DNA of 64,000 nucleotides from IMG/VR virus record IMGVR_UViG_3300025919_000136, positions 24,425 to 88,424 of that record; one strand, 5' to 3'. Positions 36,826 through 47,800 of the stretch are shown one piece after another (positions within the stretch are counted from its first letter, which is position 1; the number at the start of each line of letters is the position of its first letter). The position numbers and the translations under genes were made by a program. The notes beneath the pieces are model-generated. The model saw only the letters and a list, made by a program, of their open reading frames with translations, searched no databases and was not told the DNA's origin. This DNA comes from a virus.

Positions 36826-37250
36826 TGGCCATAATAGACCCTGGATGGAACCGAGCCAACTTCAGCTCCGACCCATTCCGTCTCATGTTCGACAATTACT
36901 TCCTTCGAACCGGGACGCGCCACCCAGCAGACCCCAAGTACAAGGAATGGCAGGAAGCACAAAGCGTACCACCTGGCAACCCTTCGGCTGGACGTGGAGC
37001 ATCTCCTCCAGAAGATGGGCCAAAATCCAAAGTTCCATACGTATCGCTAGAGGTTCGCAGGGCTGCAGATTTTCTGGCAGCGAACTCGACGGTGCGCTCT
37101 GACTACATAACCACATCGCCAGAGCGAATGAAAGCGGCTTTCCGCGAAGCGACTCAGAAGTTACGCCCCGACCTTGGCCGCAACCACGAAGCTTCGGTTC
37201 AGTTGAACGCAGCCTACGCCACGCTGAAGCGATTCCATGGTGTTCGGTGA
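36825..37250 (+). CDS. protein with a C-terminal J-like domain (HPD changed to RPD)
   Basis: KAAFREATQKLRPDLGRNHEASVQLNAAYATLK. Confidence 0.65.
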   Translation: MAIIDPGWNRANFSSDPFRLMFDNYFLRTGTRHPADPKYKEWQEAQSVPPGNPSAGRGASPPEDGPKSKVPYVSLEVRRAADFLAANSTVRSDYITTSPERMKAAFREATQKLRPDLGRNHEASVQLNAAYATLKRFHGVR

Positions 37251-37301
37251 AGGGTCCAATAAGTACGGCAGCCGTTTCTGACAGCAAACGACTAAACCTT
37301 A

Positions 37302-37580
37302 ATGGAATCCGTAACTCGCCGTACTACTATGACGGTTTCGGGAGTGTGGGTGCGTGGAGCACTCTACGTAGGTGCGGCGATGCTGAACGATATTTATGCG
37401 TTCCTAACCAGCGATGCAGTTCCTCGATGGTCGGTTATAGTGTGCAAACTTGCCCTGACTTGTGTCATCACAGTCCGCACTTTTATCGATCAGTCGCCAA
37501 CTCAGCAAACTGTTGCAGGACAGGTACGGGCGGGGGAATCCAACGCGGTTGTAGTCTCGGGTATCGAAGGGAATAAGTGA
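37302..37580 (+). CDS. putative holin-like membrane protein
   Basis: Two hydrophobic segments, upstream of lysin-like genes. Confidence 0.5.
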   Translation: MESVTRRTTMTVSGVWVRGALYVGAAMLNDIYAFLTSDAVPRWSVIVCKLALTCVITVRTFIDQSPTQQTVAGQVRAGESNAVVVSGIEGNK

Positions 37581-37584
37581 GATT

Positions 37585-38298
37585 ATGAAGGGCAACCAAC
37601 TCGAAGGTGACGGAACTTGGTCGTGGTTAAAAGTCGAGGTTGATGGCGCTGACCTGGTGCTGCGTAGTGCTACTTCCACTTGGTTCGGTGGCGCTCACGA
37701 TCCTGAGGACTCCGGTGCTACGGCTAGCGGCGTCTCCACGAAGTTGCACCCTGACATATTGGGATGCGCACTCCCCATGGCCGGATTCGGTCATGCTACG
37801 CAAGGTTCCCCGATTCCCCGCTTGCCGTGGCACACCCTCGTGAAGGTCTTCTGCTACGAGACGCACAAGGAAGTGGAGGTCGAACTCATCGATCTCGGCC
37901 CTTCCAAGTACACCCACCATGGGCTGGACTTGACTGTAGCCGCCTTCGCGGAGTTGGGCATTTCGCTGGACCAGGGAACTTGTCGCTGCGATGCCCGCAT
38001 TGTGGATGGGGCGCGGCACATTAAAGGCTTCCACGCGGCGCTAAGCGGCGTAGTGGAAGGGGCCGAACTAGCCAACGGCGAACCGCAGCCGGACTATAAT
38101 CCACAGCGAGTCTTGCCGCTGGAGGAGTCCGAGGAAGAGCCCACTAACGAAGCGGACCCGAACCACGGGATTCCCGCCTCCGTGCTACGCGGAGCGTCTC
38201 GACCCAACTTAGTTGAGAGTGGCACTCCAGCCACCGCGAACGACCAAGCGGACACAGACGGAGTGGCGGAACCAGCTACTTCCACCACCACCGACTAA
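37585..38298 (+). CDS. RlpA-like double-psi beta-barrel protein (possible lytic transglycosylase) with acidic tail
   Basis: STWFGG..D...TASG...CALP...IDLGP...LDLT.AAF. Confidence 0.7.
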   Translation: MKGNQLEGDGTWSWLKVEVDGADLVLRSATSTWFGGAHDPEDSGATASGVSTKLHPDILGCALPMAGFGHATQGSPIPRLPWHTLVKVFCYETHKEVEVELIDLGPSKYTHHGLDLTVAAFAELGISLDQGTCRCDARIVDGARHIKGFHAALSGVVEGAELANGEPQPDYNPQRVLPLEESEEEPTNEADPNHGIPASVLRGASRPNLVESGTPATANDQADTDGVAEPATSTTTD

Positions 38299-38301
38299 CC
38301 C

Positions 38302-38859
38302 ATGCTCGATACCCTCACCCAGAAAATACGCGAGTTCTTCGCACCGCAGCCCGTTGCGGCCAACCATGGCATGTCGCGCCCTCCGGGAATGCAAGTTCAC
38401 GAGTGGGAAGCGTACCTGGCAGCTTGCGCGGAAGCAGGCGTATCGCCAGATAGAATCATCCAGGTAGTAGGGGATGCACCCGCTTCCCAAGGCTTCCACC
38501 TACCGGACGGCAGATTCACTAACTCCAACGGCCAACTTGAAGACTATACTGCGGCGCTGGACCTTTCCGTCAAGCACCCTAACGGACACTTGACGGTCGA
38601 ACAGATTAAGCGACTCCTTGACTGTCTAGCGAAGCGTGGGTTCATTGGTTGGTATCGGCCCTGGGGCGATAACGAGCACATTCACGTCGTCTACTGCGGA
38701 TTGCCGATGAAGGAAAAGCTGCGCAACCAAGTACATGACTGGTTCAAGCACTTGGACGGTTTAGTGGACCACTCCTATGATGGATTCGTGTTGCCGACCG
38801 CAGCCGAGATGAACTTCTGTCGGGCATTGTTCTTGGCCCACAACCCGGCGAACGGGTAG
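38302..38859 (+). CDS. putative endolysin, M15/LAS-type Zn peptidase
   Basis: GFH...AALDLS...EHIHV. Confidence 0.6.
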   Translation: MLDTLTQKIREFFAPQPVAANHGMSRPPGMQVHEWEAYLAACAEAGVSPDRIIQVVGDAPASQGFHLPDGRFTNSNGQLEDYTAALDLSVKHPNGHLTVEQIKRLLDCLAKRGFIGWYRPWGDNEHIHVVYCGLPMKEKLRNQVHDWFKHLDGLVDHSYDGFVLPTAAEMNFCRALFLAHNPANG

Positions 38860-38868
38860 AGGTATATT

Positions 38869-39042
38869 ATGGTTGCTGCTATCGTCGAGATCATCTTCAT
38901 CGGTCTGATTGTATGGGCGGTGAACGCCTTCCTACCCATCCCAGCCACCTTCAAGAACATCGTTATGTTCCTCGGAGTGTTGGCCGTCATCATGGTACTG
39001 TGGGGCTTATTCGGCGGACACCCAATCGTATCGGTTCGATAG
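38869..39042 (+). CDS. small two-TM membrane protein (57 aa)
   Basis: MVAAIVEIIFIGLIVWAVNAFLPIPATFKNIVMFLGVLAVIMVLWGLFGG...; GAGG RBS. Confidence 0.65.
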   Translation: MVAAIVEIIFIGLIVWAVNAFLPIPATFKNIVMFLGVLAVIMVLWGLFGGHPIVSVR

Positions 39043-39116
39043 GAATGGTCAGCGGAGGACCTGTCCCAGAAGATGGGCCCTAAATCATATAGACTACTGT
39101 AGGGGAGGTGATTTGA

Positions 39117-39500
39117 ATGAACTATATGTCAATCGTAATCCAGGGTGTCCTCGCTTGGATTGCCGCTCACAAGGACATGAGCGATCGGTTGCTGCAGATC
39201 AAGCCAGTGCTAGTCAAGCTGCACGACATCATCGAGGTGGTCTACCCGGATATCGCTCAACGCTCTGGCGATCAGCATCTGCTAGCTGCACGACGCGAGT
39301 TGGATAGTGGGTCGATCGGAGTTGATGGCAGCGATAGTACATCGGAAGTCGGAGCTACTGCACCGGATTCTGACGTTACTGCCGTCTCCGGCAAGGATTC
39401 CACCGGAACTGGTGCACAGGACACTCCTGCCAACGCAGGTGCAGCCCCGCAGAATGCGGGCGATGTTCAGCGCGTACCGGATGTACCGGGCGCGGAGTAA
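39117..39500 (+). CDS. hypothetical protein
   Basis: GGAGG RBS. Confidence 0.6.
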   Translation: MNYMSIVIQGVLAWIAAHKDMSDRLLQIKPVLVKLHDIIEVVYPDIAQRSGDQHLLAARRELDSGSIGVDGSDSTSEVGATAPDSDVTAVSGKDSTGTGAQDTPANAGAAPQNAGDVQRVPDVPGAE

Positions 39501-39652
39501 TCTAGTACTAGTAACTCTGTACCTGAGGTTACTGGACAACAGTAGTCGTATAGACCGCTCCCAGCTGACTTGATTAGTCGGGCTAACCGGTCCCTCGGCC
39601 GAGTTAGCTGAGAGCATAAGTTGTTAAAGGCGTAGCTTGCGAGCATCTCCCG

Positions 39653-39698
39653 AAGTGTACGGAGTCGAGGTAGGGATGTCTTGACTCCGTACACTTTT
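39653..39698 (+). terminator. long hairpin followed by Ts
   Basis: AAGTGTACGGAGTCGAGG...TCTTGACTCCGTACACTTTT. Confidence 0.6.
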
Positions 39699-39733
39699 AT
39701 CTAAATTGATGAGTGCGATGAACCGAGACCCTC

Positions 39734-40372
39734 ATGAACGATCTTGCGGCTGCGCAGATGGACCTCCATATCGCTGCAACATGGCCAGTGGAAGTAATAC
39801 CTATATTAAGTGGCGCAACCGTCCCGAAGGACGACTACACCTACATAGACCGAACCGTTGTCCCTTGGTGGCGTAGCTTTATCATGAACCGACCCAGACC
39901 TACACGTGTGTTAGTAGTAGAGGATCAGGAAGACCAACGCCGCTTGGTTCAGCTGTGGTTGGATGGTCCGGGGGAACCTAGGGCTGCTTGCGGCAACGAC
40001 GGCTGGGAGATTTCCGAGGCTACCACCCTAGAAGAGGCTTGCGAGGCTATTAGCAGTCACACATACGATTGCATTCTGCTGGATCTAGGACTGGGGATAT
40101 ATACTGCCGAGAAGGTATTCGATACCGTTAAAGAGTGTGCGGGCAAACAGCCAATCGTAGTCATGAGTAACAATACGGACGACTCCATCTACGAGTACGT
40201 GATGGCCCATGGAGCGGCGGAGTTCATCCCAAAAATGAGCGTGCACGAAGATGGACTTAAGCACTCTATCTGCAACGCCATGCGCTGGTCCGAGTTAGAA
40301 CAAGTCGAAGCTGAACTAAGTGCCAAGGTTGAAGAGCACTTGGAAACTTCAGCAAACTACAGGGTTGTATAG
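39734..40372 (+). CDS. response-regulator receiver (CheY-like) domain protein
   Basis: RVLVVED, DCILLDLGL (phospho-Asp), IVVMS, GAAEFIPK. Confidence 0.85.
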   Translation: MNDLAAAQMDLHIAATWPVEVIPILSGATVPKDDYTYIDRTVVPWWRSFIMNRPRPTRVLVVEDQEDQRRLVQLWLDGPGEPRAACGNDGWEISEATTLEEACEAISSHTYDCILLDLGLGIYTAEKVFDTVKECAGKQPIVVMSNNTDDSIYEYVMAHGAAEFIPKMSVHEDGLKHSICNAMRWSELEQVEAELSAKVEEHLETSANYRVV

Positions 40373-40419
40373 GCCGGTGTGATAGACTGGTGACATCTTG
40401 AGCAGGATGAAATGTGAGG

Positions 40420-40932
40420 ATGGTAACTTGGTGGCAGTGGGTGGTATTCGTCGCCGGATCAGGCGGGATTGTCTGGTCTACGTACGATCGGATAGCCCAG
40501 CGACAGAAATTTAATCTGGAGCAGAAAGCTGCTGCATTAGCCAAGGATGAGAAGTTAGCAGACCGTTCTTATCAGGAGCACCATGATTTAGTAGAGTCGT
40601 TGCAGGCGGAGCGTACTAGTAAGAACGAAGAGATTGCCCGTAAAGATGCCGCTATTGAGAGTCGCAATGCGGAGATTGTTCAGTGGAAGGAACTGAGTGG
40701 GAAGTCCAAGGAAATCATCGCTCACAAGAACTTAGAAATCTTCCTCTACCGCAGGGAACGGCGCGAGTTATTAGAAGCTGCCCAAGAGTTGGAGCAAGAC
40801 TTGAAGGCACTAGAGGTAGCAGCCAGGGAAGCCAAGTGGAACGACAACGAAATTCGAGACTGTACCCAGCTGGTTGCAATGATGGTTGCTAAGCTGACTC
40901 ACGATATAGAGATACCATTCGAGAATCTATAG
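40420..40932 (+). CDS. membrane-anchored coiled-coil protein
   Basis: N-terminal TM helix, long coiled coil. Confidence 0.6.
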   Translation: MVTWWQWVVFVAGSGGIVWSTYDRIAQRQKFNLEQKAAALAKDEKLADRSYQEHHDLVESLQAERTSKNEEIARKDAAIESRNAEIVQWKELSGKSKEIIAHKNLEIFLYRRERRELLEAAQELEQDLKALEVAAREAKWNDNEIRDCTQLVAMMVAKLTHDIEIPFENL

Positions 40933-41004
40933 AATGGTATCTGTCGGGCGGAGGATTTCTCCCAGAAAAATGGGCAATTCAAAATTAGCCGTTCAAGCAT
41001 GGTT

Positions 41005-41049
41005 GGTCTCCTTCATTGTGTCAGGGTTGATACTGGAAGGAGACCTTTT
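41005..41049 (+). terminator. rho-independent terminator
   Basis: GGTCTCCTTCA...TGGAAGGAGACC followed by TTTT. Confidence 0.65.
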
Positions 41050-41115
41050 CGCACAGTGCGGTCTTGGCGACTGACCTCGGCACCGCTGGATTGAGAATCG
41101 AGACATACTACGCTT

Positions 41116-43242
41116 ATGAAAAAACTACTCTTGCTCCTCCTGCTTCTCTGCTGCATCGCACCGGCCTGTCATGCCGCACCGCCACCACCTGTGCCTCGCG
41201 CCAACTACTCGCTGCGCGTGGTCTACGCGTCGGGTTTGGGCTGTGCTCAGGACGGCACCACCGACGACACCACGAAGTTACAAGCCGCGCTCAACCGCGC
41301 CAGCACCGGCACACCGCTGCGTCTGGTCATGGACGGCGCGGGACTGGCGCTGGTAAGCGGCCTCAACGTCTACGGCAACACCACCATTGAGGCGATCAAT
41401 GGCGGCGGCTTCAAGCTCAAGGCAGCGTCCAACCGCTCCATCCTCCGCAACGCCAACCGCACCACGAGCACCGTCACCAACAAGCACATAACCCTGCGCG
41501 GCCTCTACCTGGACGGCAACGGCACGGCGCAGACGAGCGGCGTCACCGAAGCGGACGCCACGACGATGACCTGCCTCGACTTTTCGGGTGTGCAGGACTT
41601 CATGGTGCGCGACTGCACGCTCTACAACTCGAAGGCGTATGGCGCGCTCATCAACAACGCCACCTATGTCCACATCGACAACTGCACTGTCGCTGCGGTT
41701 GGCACCGGGACCGCTAACCAGGACGGCATCCACTTTTGCGGTAACTGCCAATACATCACCGTCGCCAACTGCAAGATATGGGACTACGACGATGGCCTGG
41801 CCTTCAACGCCGACGACGGCAACACCGGGCCATACGTGGCGAATGGGCCGATCACGGATGTCAACGTCTCGAACATCCAGTTCACCAACGCGCTGCTCGG
41901 CATTCGTATGTTGTCCGACAGCAACGCCATAGACCGGGTGGTAGTCAACGGCGTCACCGGTTCGATTAAGAACTACCTCGCGGTGCTGGACTACTTTACG
42001 TTTGCCACACACGGCGCCTTTGGCTCAGTAACGATTGGCAATGTGGATGTAACGATTCAGGCCAGCGTGAGCAGCGGTGCAGGTGGTTCCAGTGCGGCGC
42101 TGATGAACTTTAACGGTGCGTTCGATAACCTGCGCCTCTCCAACATCCGCGTGCGGAACCCGATTGATACGCGCCCACTGCTGTGGTTCCACTCCAATAC
42201 CGACATCAAGCAGTTTGAACTTGACGGCTTCTCCATCTACGACACCAACTCAGCGGCCACCGGAGCGGTACCTATTTTTCTGGAAGGTCGCCTGCGCCGC
42301 TGCGTCGGGCGCGGCTGGAACTGGTATCGAGATGCGGCGCTGACCGCAGCGACGCGCATGGTGCAGTTCAGCGGCAGCAGTTCCAAAATTGACGCCCTGG
42401 TGCTGGATCAGGTGTTTGCCAATAACGTCAGCACGCTCATTGACCAGGCGGCGGGCATTCTGACGTTCGTGCAGGCCACCAATATCCGCCACGACAACGG
42501 CAGCGGGCAGACCTTCAAATGCGGCAGCGGTGCGGTTACGGACGTGGTGCTGAGCAATTACTACGGACCTGCTGCAGTTGCCACCGCCGGCACCGGCACG
42601 GCGCCATCACAGCGCGGCGACGGCTTTAGCAGCACGCCGCCAATTCCAGGCGTAAATATCTACGATGCCTTTACCGACACCGACAACACGCTGGTGACGG
42701 CGCATACCATCGCGCCCATTAACACCGTCAGCGCATCCTACACCCTACCGTCCGGCAGTGCGAAAATCGTCAGCAACAAGGCGACGAATAACTCTGCGGT
42801 CGCCACCGTGGTTCACGCTGTAGCCGACTCGGCGCTGAGTAGCTGTACCGTCACGGCCAACGTTGCCACGGGCAATGCAACCGTGGCGGACATGGCTGGC
42901 GTTTTGTTCCGCTATACCGATGAGAATAACTACTGGCTCGTGCGCTTCGTTTACAATAGCGCAAGCGCCACCGGCACCTTCCAGTTGTGCAAGATGCAGG
43001 CGGGCACCTTTACCGTGGTTTCTGTCGTGTCCAATACGGGCGCGGAAACGCCGGGCACCGTTCATGCGATCTCGGTTATCTGCAACGGCACCGTTATCAG
43101 TGCTACCAACAACGGCGGCAACACGGTGAGTACCACGTCCTCGTTCAACCAGACCGCGACGAAGGTGGGCCTGTTCTTCTATCAGGACAGCGGCACGCCT
43201 ACGCTCAAGCCAACCGTAGACGATTTCCGAGTGTCGGCGTAA
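41116..43242 (+). CDS. signal-peptide-bearing pectin-lyase-like beta-helix protein with C-terminal lectin-like domain
   Basis: MKKLLLLLLLLCCIAPACHA; DGTTDDT..LQAAL, NQDGIH, DDGLA (GH28-like pattern). Confidence 0.8.
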   Translation: MKKLLLLLLLLCCIAPACHAAPPPPVPRANYSLRVVYASGLGCAQDGTTDDTTKLQAALNRASTGTPLRLVMDGAGLALVSGLNVYGNTTIEAINGGGFKLKAASNRSILRNANRTTSTVTNKHITLRGLYLDGNGTAQTSGVTEADATTMTCLDFSGVQDFMVRDCTLYNSKAYGALINNATYVHIDNCTVAAVGTGTANQDGIHFCGNCQYITVANCKIWDYDDGLAFNADDGNTGPYVANGPITDVNVSNIQFTNALLGIRMLSDSNAIDRVVVNGVTGSIKNYLAVLDYFTFATHGAFGSVTIGNVDVTIQASVSSGAGGSSAALMNFNGAFDNLRLSNIRVRNPIDTRPLLWFHSNTDIKQFELDGFSIYDTNSAATGAVPIFLEGRLRRCVGRGWNWYRDAALTAATRMVQFSGSSSKIDALVLDQVFANNVSTLIDQAAGILTFVQATNIRHDNGSGQTFKCGSGAVTDVVLSNYYGPAAVATAGTGTAPSQRGDGFSSTPPIPGVNIYDAFTDTDNTLVTAHTIAPINTVSASYTLPSGSAKIVSNKATNNSAVATVVHAVADSALSSCTVTANVATGNATVADMAGVLFRYTDENNYWLVRFVYNSASATGTFQLCKMQAGTFTVVSVVSNTGAETPGTVHAISVICNGTVISATNNGGNTVSTTSSFNQTATKVGLFFYQDSGTPTLKPTVDDFRVSA

Positions 43243-43254
43243 CCGGGATTCACC

Positions 43255-44814
43255 ATGAGCTTCACTTATCGCGCATCGGTCCCGCTCGGCACCACCGGCC
43301 TGGCTCCCACCGTTCAGGTCGGCACAGCGGGCGCCTATGCCACGGCTGTCAACTTGGCTGAGTCGGTGGCCGGGAGTGGCACCTACGAGGCTGACGTGAC
43401 GCTGGCGAGCTACGACACCAGCTACACGCTGCTGTATGCGGACGGCCAGGGCAACTCCACTATCGAGACGGTACGGGTGCCGCAGCCGCAGACGGGTGAC
43501 GTTTACGCGCGTGTGGGAGCCAACGGTGCGGGGCTTACAGCGTTGGGAGACACTCGCCTCGCCTACCTTGACAGCAGCGTGGCGGGCGTGCTGGCGGCTG
43601 TGCTCAACGTCCAGAACGGCTCATTCGTCAGCGCCAATGTGCCGCCCGTCTTGGAGCGCCCCGACGCCGGTTCCGAGACATTCCAGATCGTCGTCCTCTT
43701 CGCCGACGAAACCGGAGCGCCCAAGAATCTCGACAGCGGCAACCCGACCGTGACCCTCGTCAACAACGCGGCTACGGACCTGTCGTCGCGCCTCGGATCC
43801 TGGAGCAACCCGGCGACGGGCAAATACACCGCGAACTATACGAACACCTCGACCGATGCCCTGGACGACTTGCACTGGGAGTTCGATGGCACGGTGAATA
43901 GCAAGTTGCGCCGCTTTGTGGGCACGACACAGTTGGTGGACACCACGGCGGTAGACTTCACCAGTGCCGACCGCACGAAGCTCAACGCGATTCAGGCCGA
44001 CTACGCCCGGCGCGCCGGCGACTATGCCACTGTGGGCGCAGCCATGACCCTCACCTCTGACTACGACGCCGCTAAGACGGCAGGCGATGCTACTGCCGCG
44101 AATCAGGCCACCATCCTCGCCCGCCTCGGCGCCTTCACCGGCACCGGCGTCAACACCGTGCTCGGCTTCCTGCGCGCGATGTTCCGGTCGGACCTGACGG
44201 CACCAACGGACCTGGCAAGTGGCGGCACGGCGACCAGTGCGGCAGATTCGTTACAGGCGATTGCGGCGGCGAGTGGGGGTGGGACTGATCCGCTAACTAA
44301 CGCACCCTCTGATTATGCCGAGGGGCAGATAGGTCACCTGATCGGGGACATAAAAGCGAAGACGGATCTTATCACAGTTGATAATGTACAAATAGTTCAG
44401 AGTGCGCAGAGCAATATAGCAGGTAACCGAACTCTACTCCGTATCTCCGAGCGATATATCCTGAACTTCTTCGGTTTGGGACCTATAGGTAGCAGCGAGC
44501 AGATGTGGTTCACCATCAAGACTCAGCTTACCGACTCAGACAATGCTGCCTTGGTCTACATCAAGCGAACAGGCGGATTGATCCGCATCAACGGGCAAGC
44601 AGCCTCTACTTCGGGGCACGGATCCATAACCGTAACGAACGCCACAACGGGTGATGGCACGATTACCTTGTCGGAACTGGAGACAATAAATCTGGCACCA
44701 AGTAATCTGATGCCAGTCTACGAGATCAAAGTACTTGACCCAACCTATGGTCCTCAAGCACGGATCCAAGGTGAATGTAGTATTGTTTACGACGTTAATC
44801 GACAGACTAGTTAG
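43255..44814 (+). CDS. putative virion structural protein with Ig-like/BppU-like domains
   Basis: Thr/Gly/Ala-rich beta domains; C-terminal GSITVTNATTG...VYEIKV...QGECSI. Confidence 0.55.
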   Translation: MSFTYRASVPLGTTGLAPTVQVGTAGAYATAVNLAESVAGSGTYEADVTLASYDTSYTLLYADGQGNSTIETVRVPQPQTGDVYARVGANGAGLTALGDTRLAYLDSSVAGVLAAVLNVQNGSFVSANVPPVLERPDAGSETFQIVVLFADETGAPKNLDSGNPTVTLVNNAATDLSSRLGSWSNPATGKYTANYTNTSTDALDDLHWEFDGTVNSKLRRFVGTTQLVDTTAVDFTSADRTKLNAIQADYARRAGDYATVGAAMTLTSDYDAAKTAGDATAANQATILARLGAFTGTGVNTVLGFLRAMFRSDLTAPTDLASGGTATSAADSLQAIAAASGGGTDPLTNAPSDYAEGQIGHLIGDIKAKTDLITVDNVQIVQSAQSNIAGNRTLLRISERYILNFFGLGPIGSSEQMWFTIKTQLTDSDNAALVYIKRTGGLIRINGQAASTSGHGSITVTNATTGDGTITLSELETINLAPSNLMPVYEIKVLDPTYGPQARIQGECSIVYDVNRQTS

Positions 44815-44855
44815 CTATTCGCTGTATACCGATAGCGGAGCACTCTCTCCAGAGG

Positions 44856-47800
44856 ATGGCCCAAAATATGCCAATTAACAAAGCCTATGGTTGTCGCCCC
44901 GACTTAGCAGACCAGCGGGACCACGTATGTACTGTCGAAGCCCCAGCCTCGAAGTTGCCGCTGATGATGGATCTTCAACCTGGAATGCCACCTATAAGGG
45001 ATCAAAACGCTCTTGGTTGCTGTTTTTCCGGAGAGACTGAAGTAAGTCTGCTAGATGGTACAGTAGACACACTTAGGAACCTATCCGAGAGGATTAGTGA
45101 AGATCCTCTGTGGGTGTACTCGTGCAACCCAGATACTGGTGGATTTATACCTGCTGTGGCTACTGCTCATAAGACTAGAACGAGCGTTCATTTGCTCAGA
45201 GTTACGCTGGATAACGGACTATACATAGACTGCACGGAAGATCATAATTTCTTGACTCGTGATGGGTTATATGTAGAAGCTCAAGACTTGAAGCCTGATG
45301 ATAGTCTTATGCCTCTATACAAGGCTCTCGCTATTGAAGGGGACGAGTTGCCTGGGTATGAGATGATCTTCCAGAATGATAAACTGGAATGGACGTATAC
45401 CCATCGCCTTACATGTCCATGGGGGAAAGGTTCTGTAAGACACCACAAGAACTTTAATCGCACAGATAACCGTCCAGACAATCTTCAGATGATGACTTGG
45501 GAGGACCACAATCGTTTACACGTAGATAATGTGAAAGAGATGTGGGCATGTGCCAGTGAAGAGAAGCGGGCGGCTATGTTGAAGGCTCTAAAGGAATACA
45601 ATGGTAGTGAAGCTCAAAGGAAACACTCCCGAGACTTGATGAATGCTCTTCACGAGAAAGGTCCAGAATGGAGATCTAGCAGATCGTCCAAAGGTGGGAA
45701 AAATGCTTGGCAGAGGGTCTCTGCTGATCCCCAAAGGAAACAGAAGGCTTTAGATTGCTTAGGTTTAGGCCATACTCCTGAATCGAGAGAAAAGGCTAAA
45801 GCTACGCAGCAGATTACTATGGCCGCTCCAGAGTTCAAGAAGAAGCAATCTGATAGACTGAAAGCTGCATACCGTGCAAGTGAAAAAATGCAGCGGGCTG
45901 CCCACCAAAATGGTAAGAACATAGGAGGTGTGGCTAGCCTTCGTTTTCAAATTTTGAAATTCGCACGGAAGGTGCTCGAAGAGGAAGGTAGTCTCAATGA
46001 AGTAACTTGGGAAATTTGCCGGTGTAGGCTTCAGAATACATACAAAGCCCGAGTGAGATTTGGTAGGAACACCGTTAGAAAAGGTTATAAACCTCCTAGA
46101 TGGGAAACGGTGATTCGCGAATTTGGCACTGAAGATGCAGTTATCGAGGCTGCCGAAGTCGTGAACCATAAGGTGGTCTCTGTAGAACCTCTGGATGGCC
46201 TTCATGATACATACTGTCTGTCAGTGCCAGATACAGAGAACTTTGCGTTAGCTGCTGGTGTTTATGTGCATAACTGTACTGGGTTCGGCACTGCAGCGGT
46301 GTTCGAATTCGAGCAAATGCGACAGAAATTGCCGGTCTTCGCGCCTAGCCCACTCTTCATCTATTATAACGAACGTCAACTCGAAGGAACCGTTCCCATA
46401 GATGCCGGTGCTGAAATCCGCGACGGTATAAAGGCCATTGCACGCTGGGGCGCGGCTCCTGAGGCAAGTTGGCCCTACGACATAAGTCGCTTCGCCACGG
46501 CCCCTCCAGCGGAAGCCTATGCGGATGCTGCGCCCCATACCGCCGTACTCTACGAGCGAGTGCCGCAGACGCTACGCAGCATGATGGGCGTGCTGGCGAG
46601 CGGACTGCCAATAGTTTTTGGTATGACTGTATACGAATCTTTTGAGTCCGACGAGGTTGCGCGGACTGGAATGGTGCCGCTGCCTCAACCGCAAGAGAAG
46701 GTAGTAGGCGGACATTGCTTTACAGGAGATACCAAAGTATCGCTGCTAGATGGAAGGGAACTGACTTTCATAGAGCTAGTTAACGAGTTTGGATTCTCTG
46801 GGCAGCCTTTCTGGGTATACAGTTGTAAAGAAGATGGCACTATCGTACCGGGGTTGGCCCACTCGCCTAGAAGAACTGGAGAGAGTCAGAAGTTACTGAT
46901 GGTAACGCTGGATAATGGCGAAGAGATCCGCTGTACTCCCGACCACTTGTTTATGTCGAGAGAGGGCATATATGTAAAAGCTTGCGAGCTCTCCGCTGGG
47001 TATAGTCTTATGCCTCTCTATCGTAGGCCTAGCGAAGATGAGCGTATGCCAGACTACGAGCAGCTGTACGACGTGAAGTCTAAGCAATGGAAATACACCC
47101 ACAGAGTTGTAATGAGCGACTGGCACGACGGTTGGTACGATGGAGTTGTACATCATATCGACTTCAACAAGTTCAATAACTCTCCAGACAACCTAGAAGT
47201 TATGTCTTGGGAAGATCATACGAAGCTGCATGCCGATATGCTTGTTGAGTATAATCGGAGCGAAAAGGGTCGGGAAACCAGCCGGCAGAACATGAAGAAG
47301 CTGTGGGATGATCCAGAGTGGAGAGCTAAGATGCTAGCCACTACTCAGAAGAACTTCGCTCGTGGAGCCGAAAAACTAAAGAGAGAAGGACGGCATGGTT
47401 GGGCTGGGATGGACAAGGACAAGCTACGTAAGATGTGCTCGGAGGCTGGGAAGAAGGGGAAGGGTAGAAAGGTTCCTCAAGAGGTAATAGATAGGATACA
47501 GGCAACCAAGAAGAAGATAAGAGAGGAGGATCCAGAAAAAAGAGCAATAGCTGCTACTACGGCGGCAAACAACCTGAAATCGTATAACGAAAAGTTAAAG
47601 AGCGGAGAAATCTCCATCTCTGAAAATCAAAGGAACGCCCGTAGACTAAACGGAGCTAGATGTACCTACAGGAAGTATTACGAGGATATGTTCGACACGT
47701 TCGAAGAGTATCTCGAGTGTAGAAATAAGAACTCACAGGACCCTATTCTCTACAACAATCACAAGGTAGTATCCGTAGAAGAGTGTGGGGAAGAGGACGT

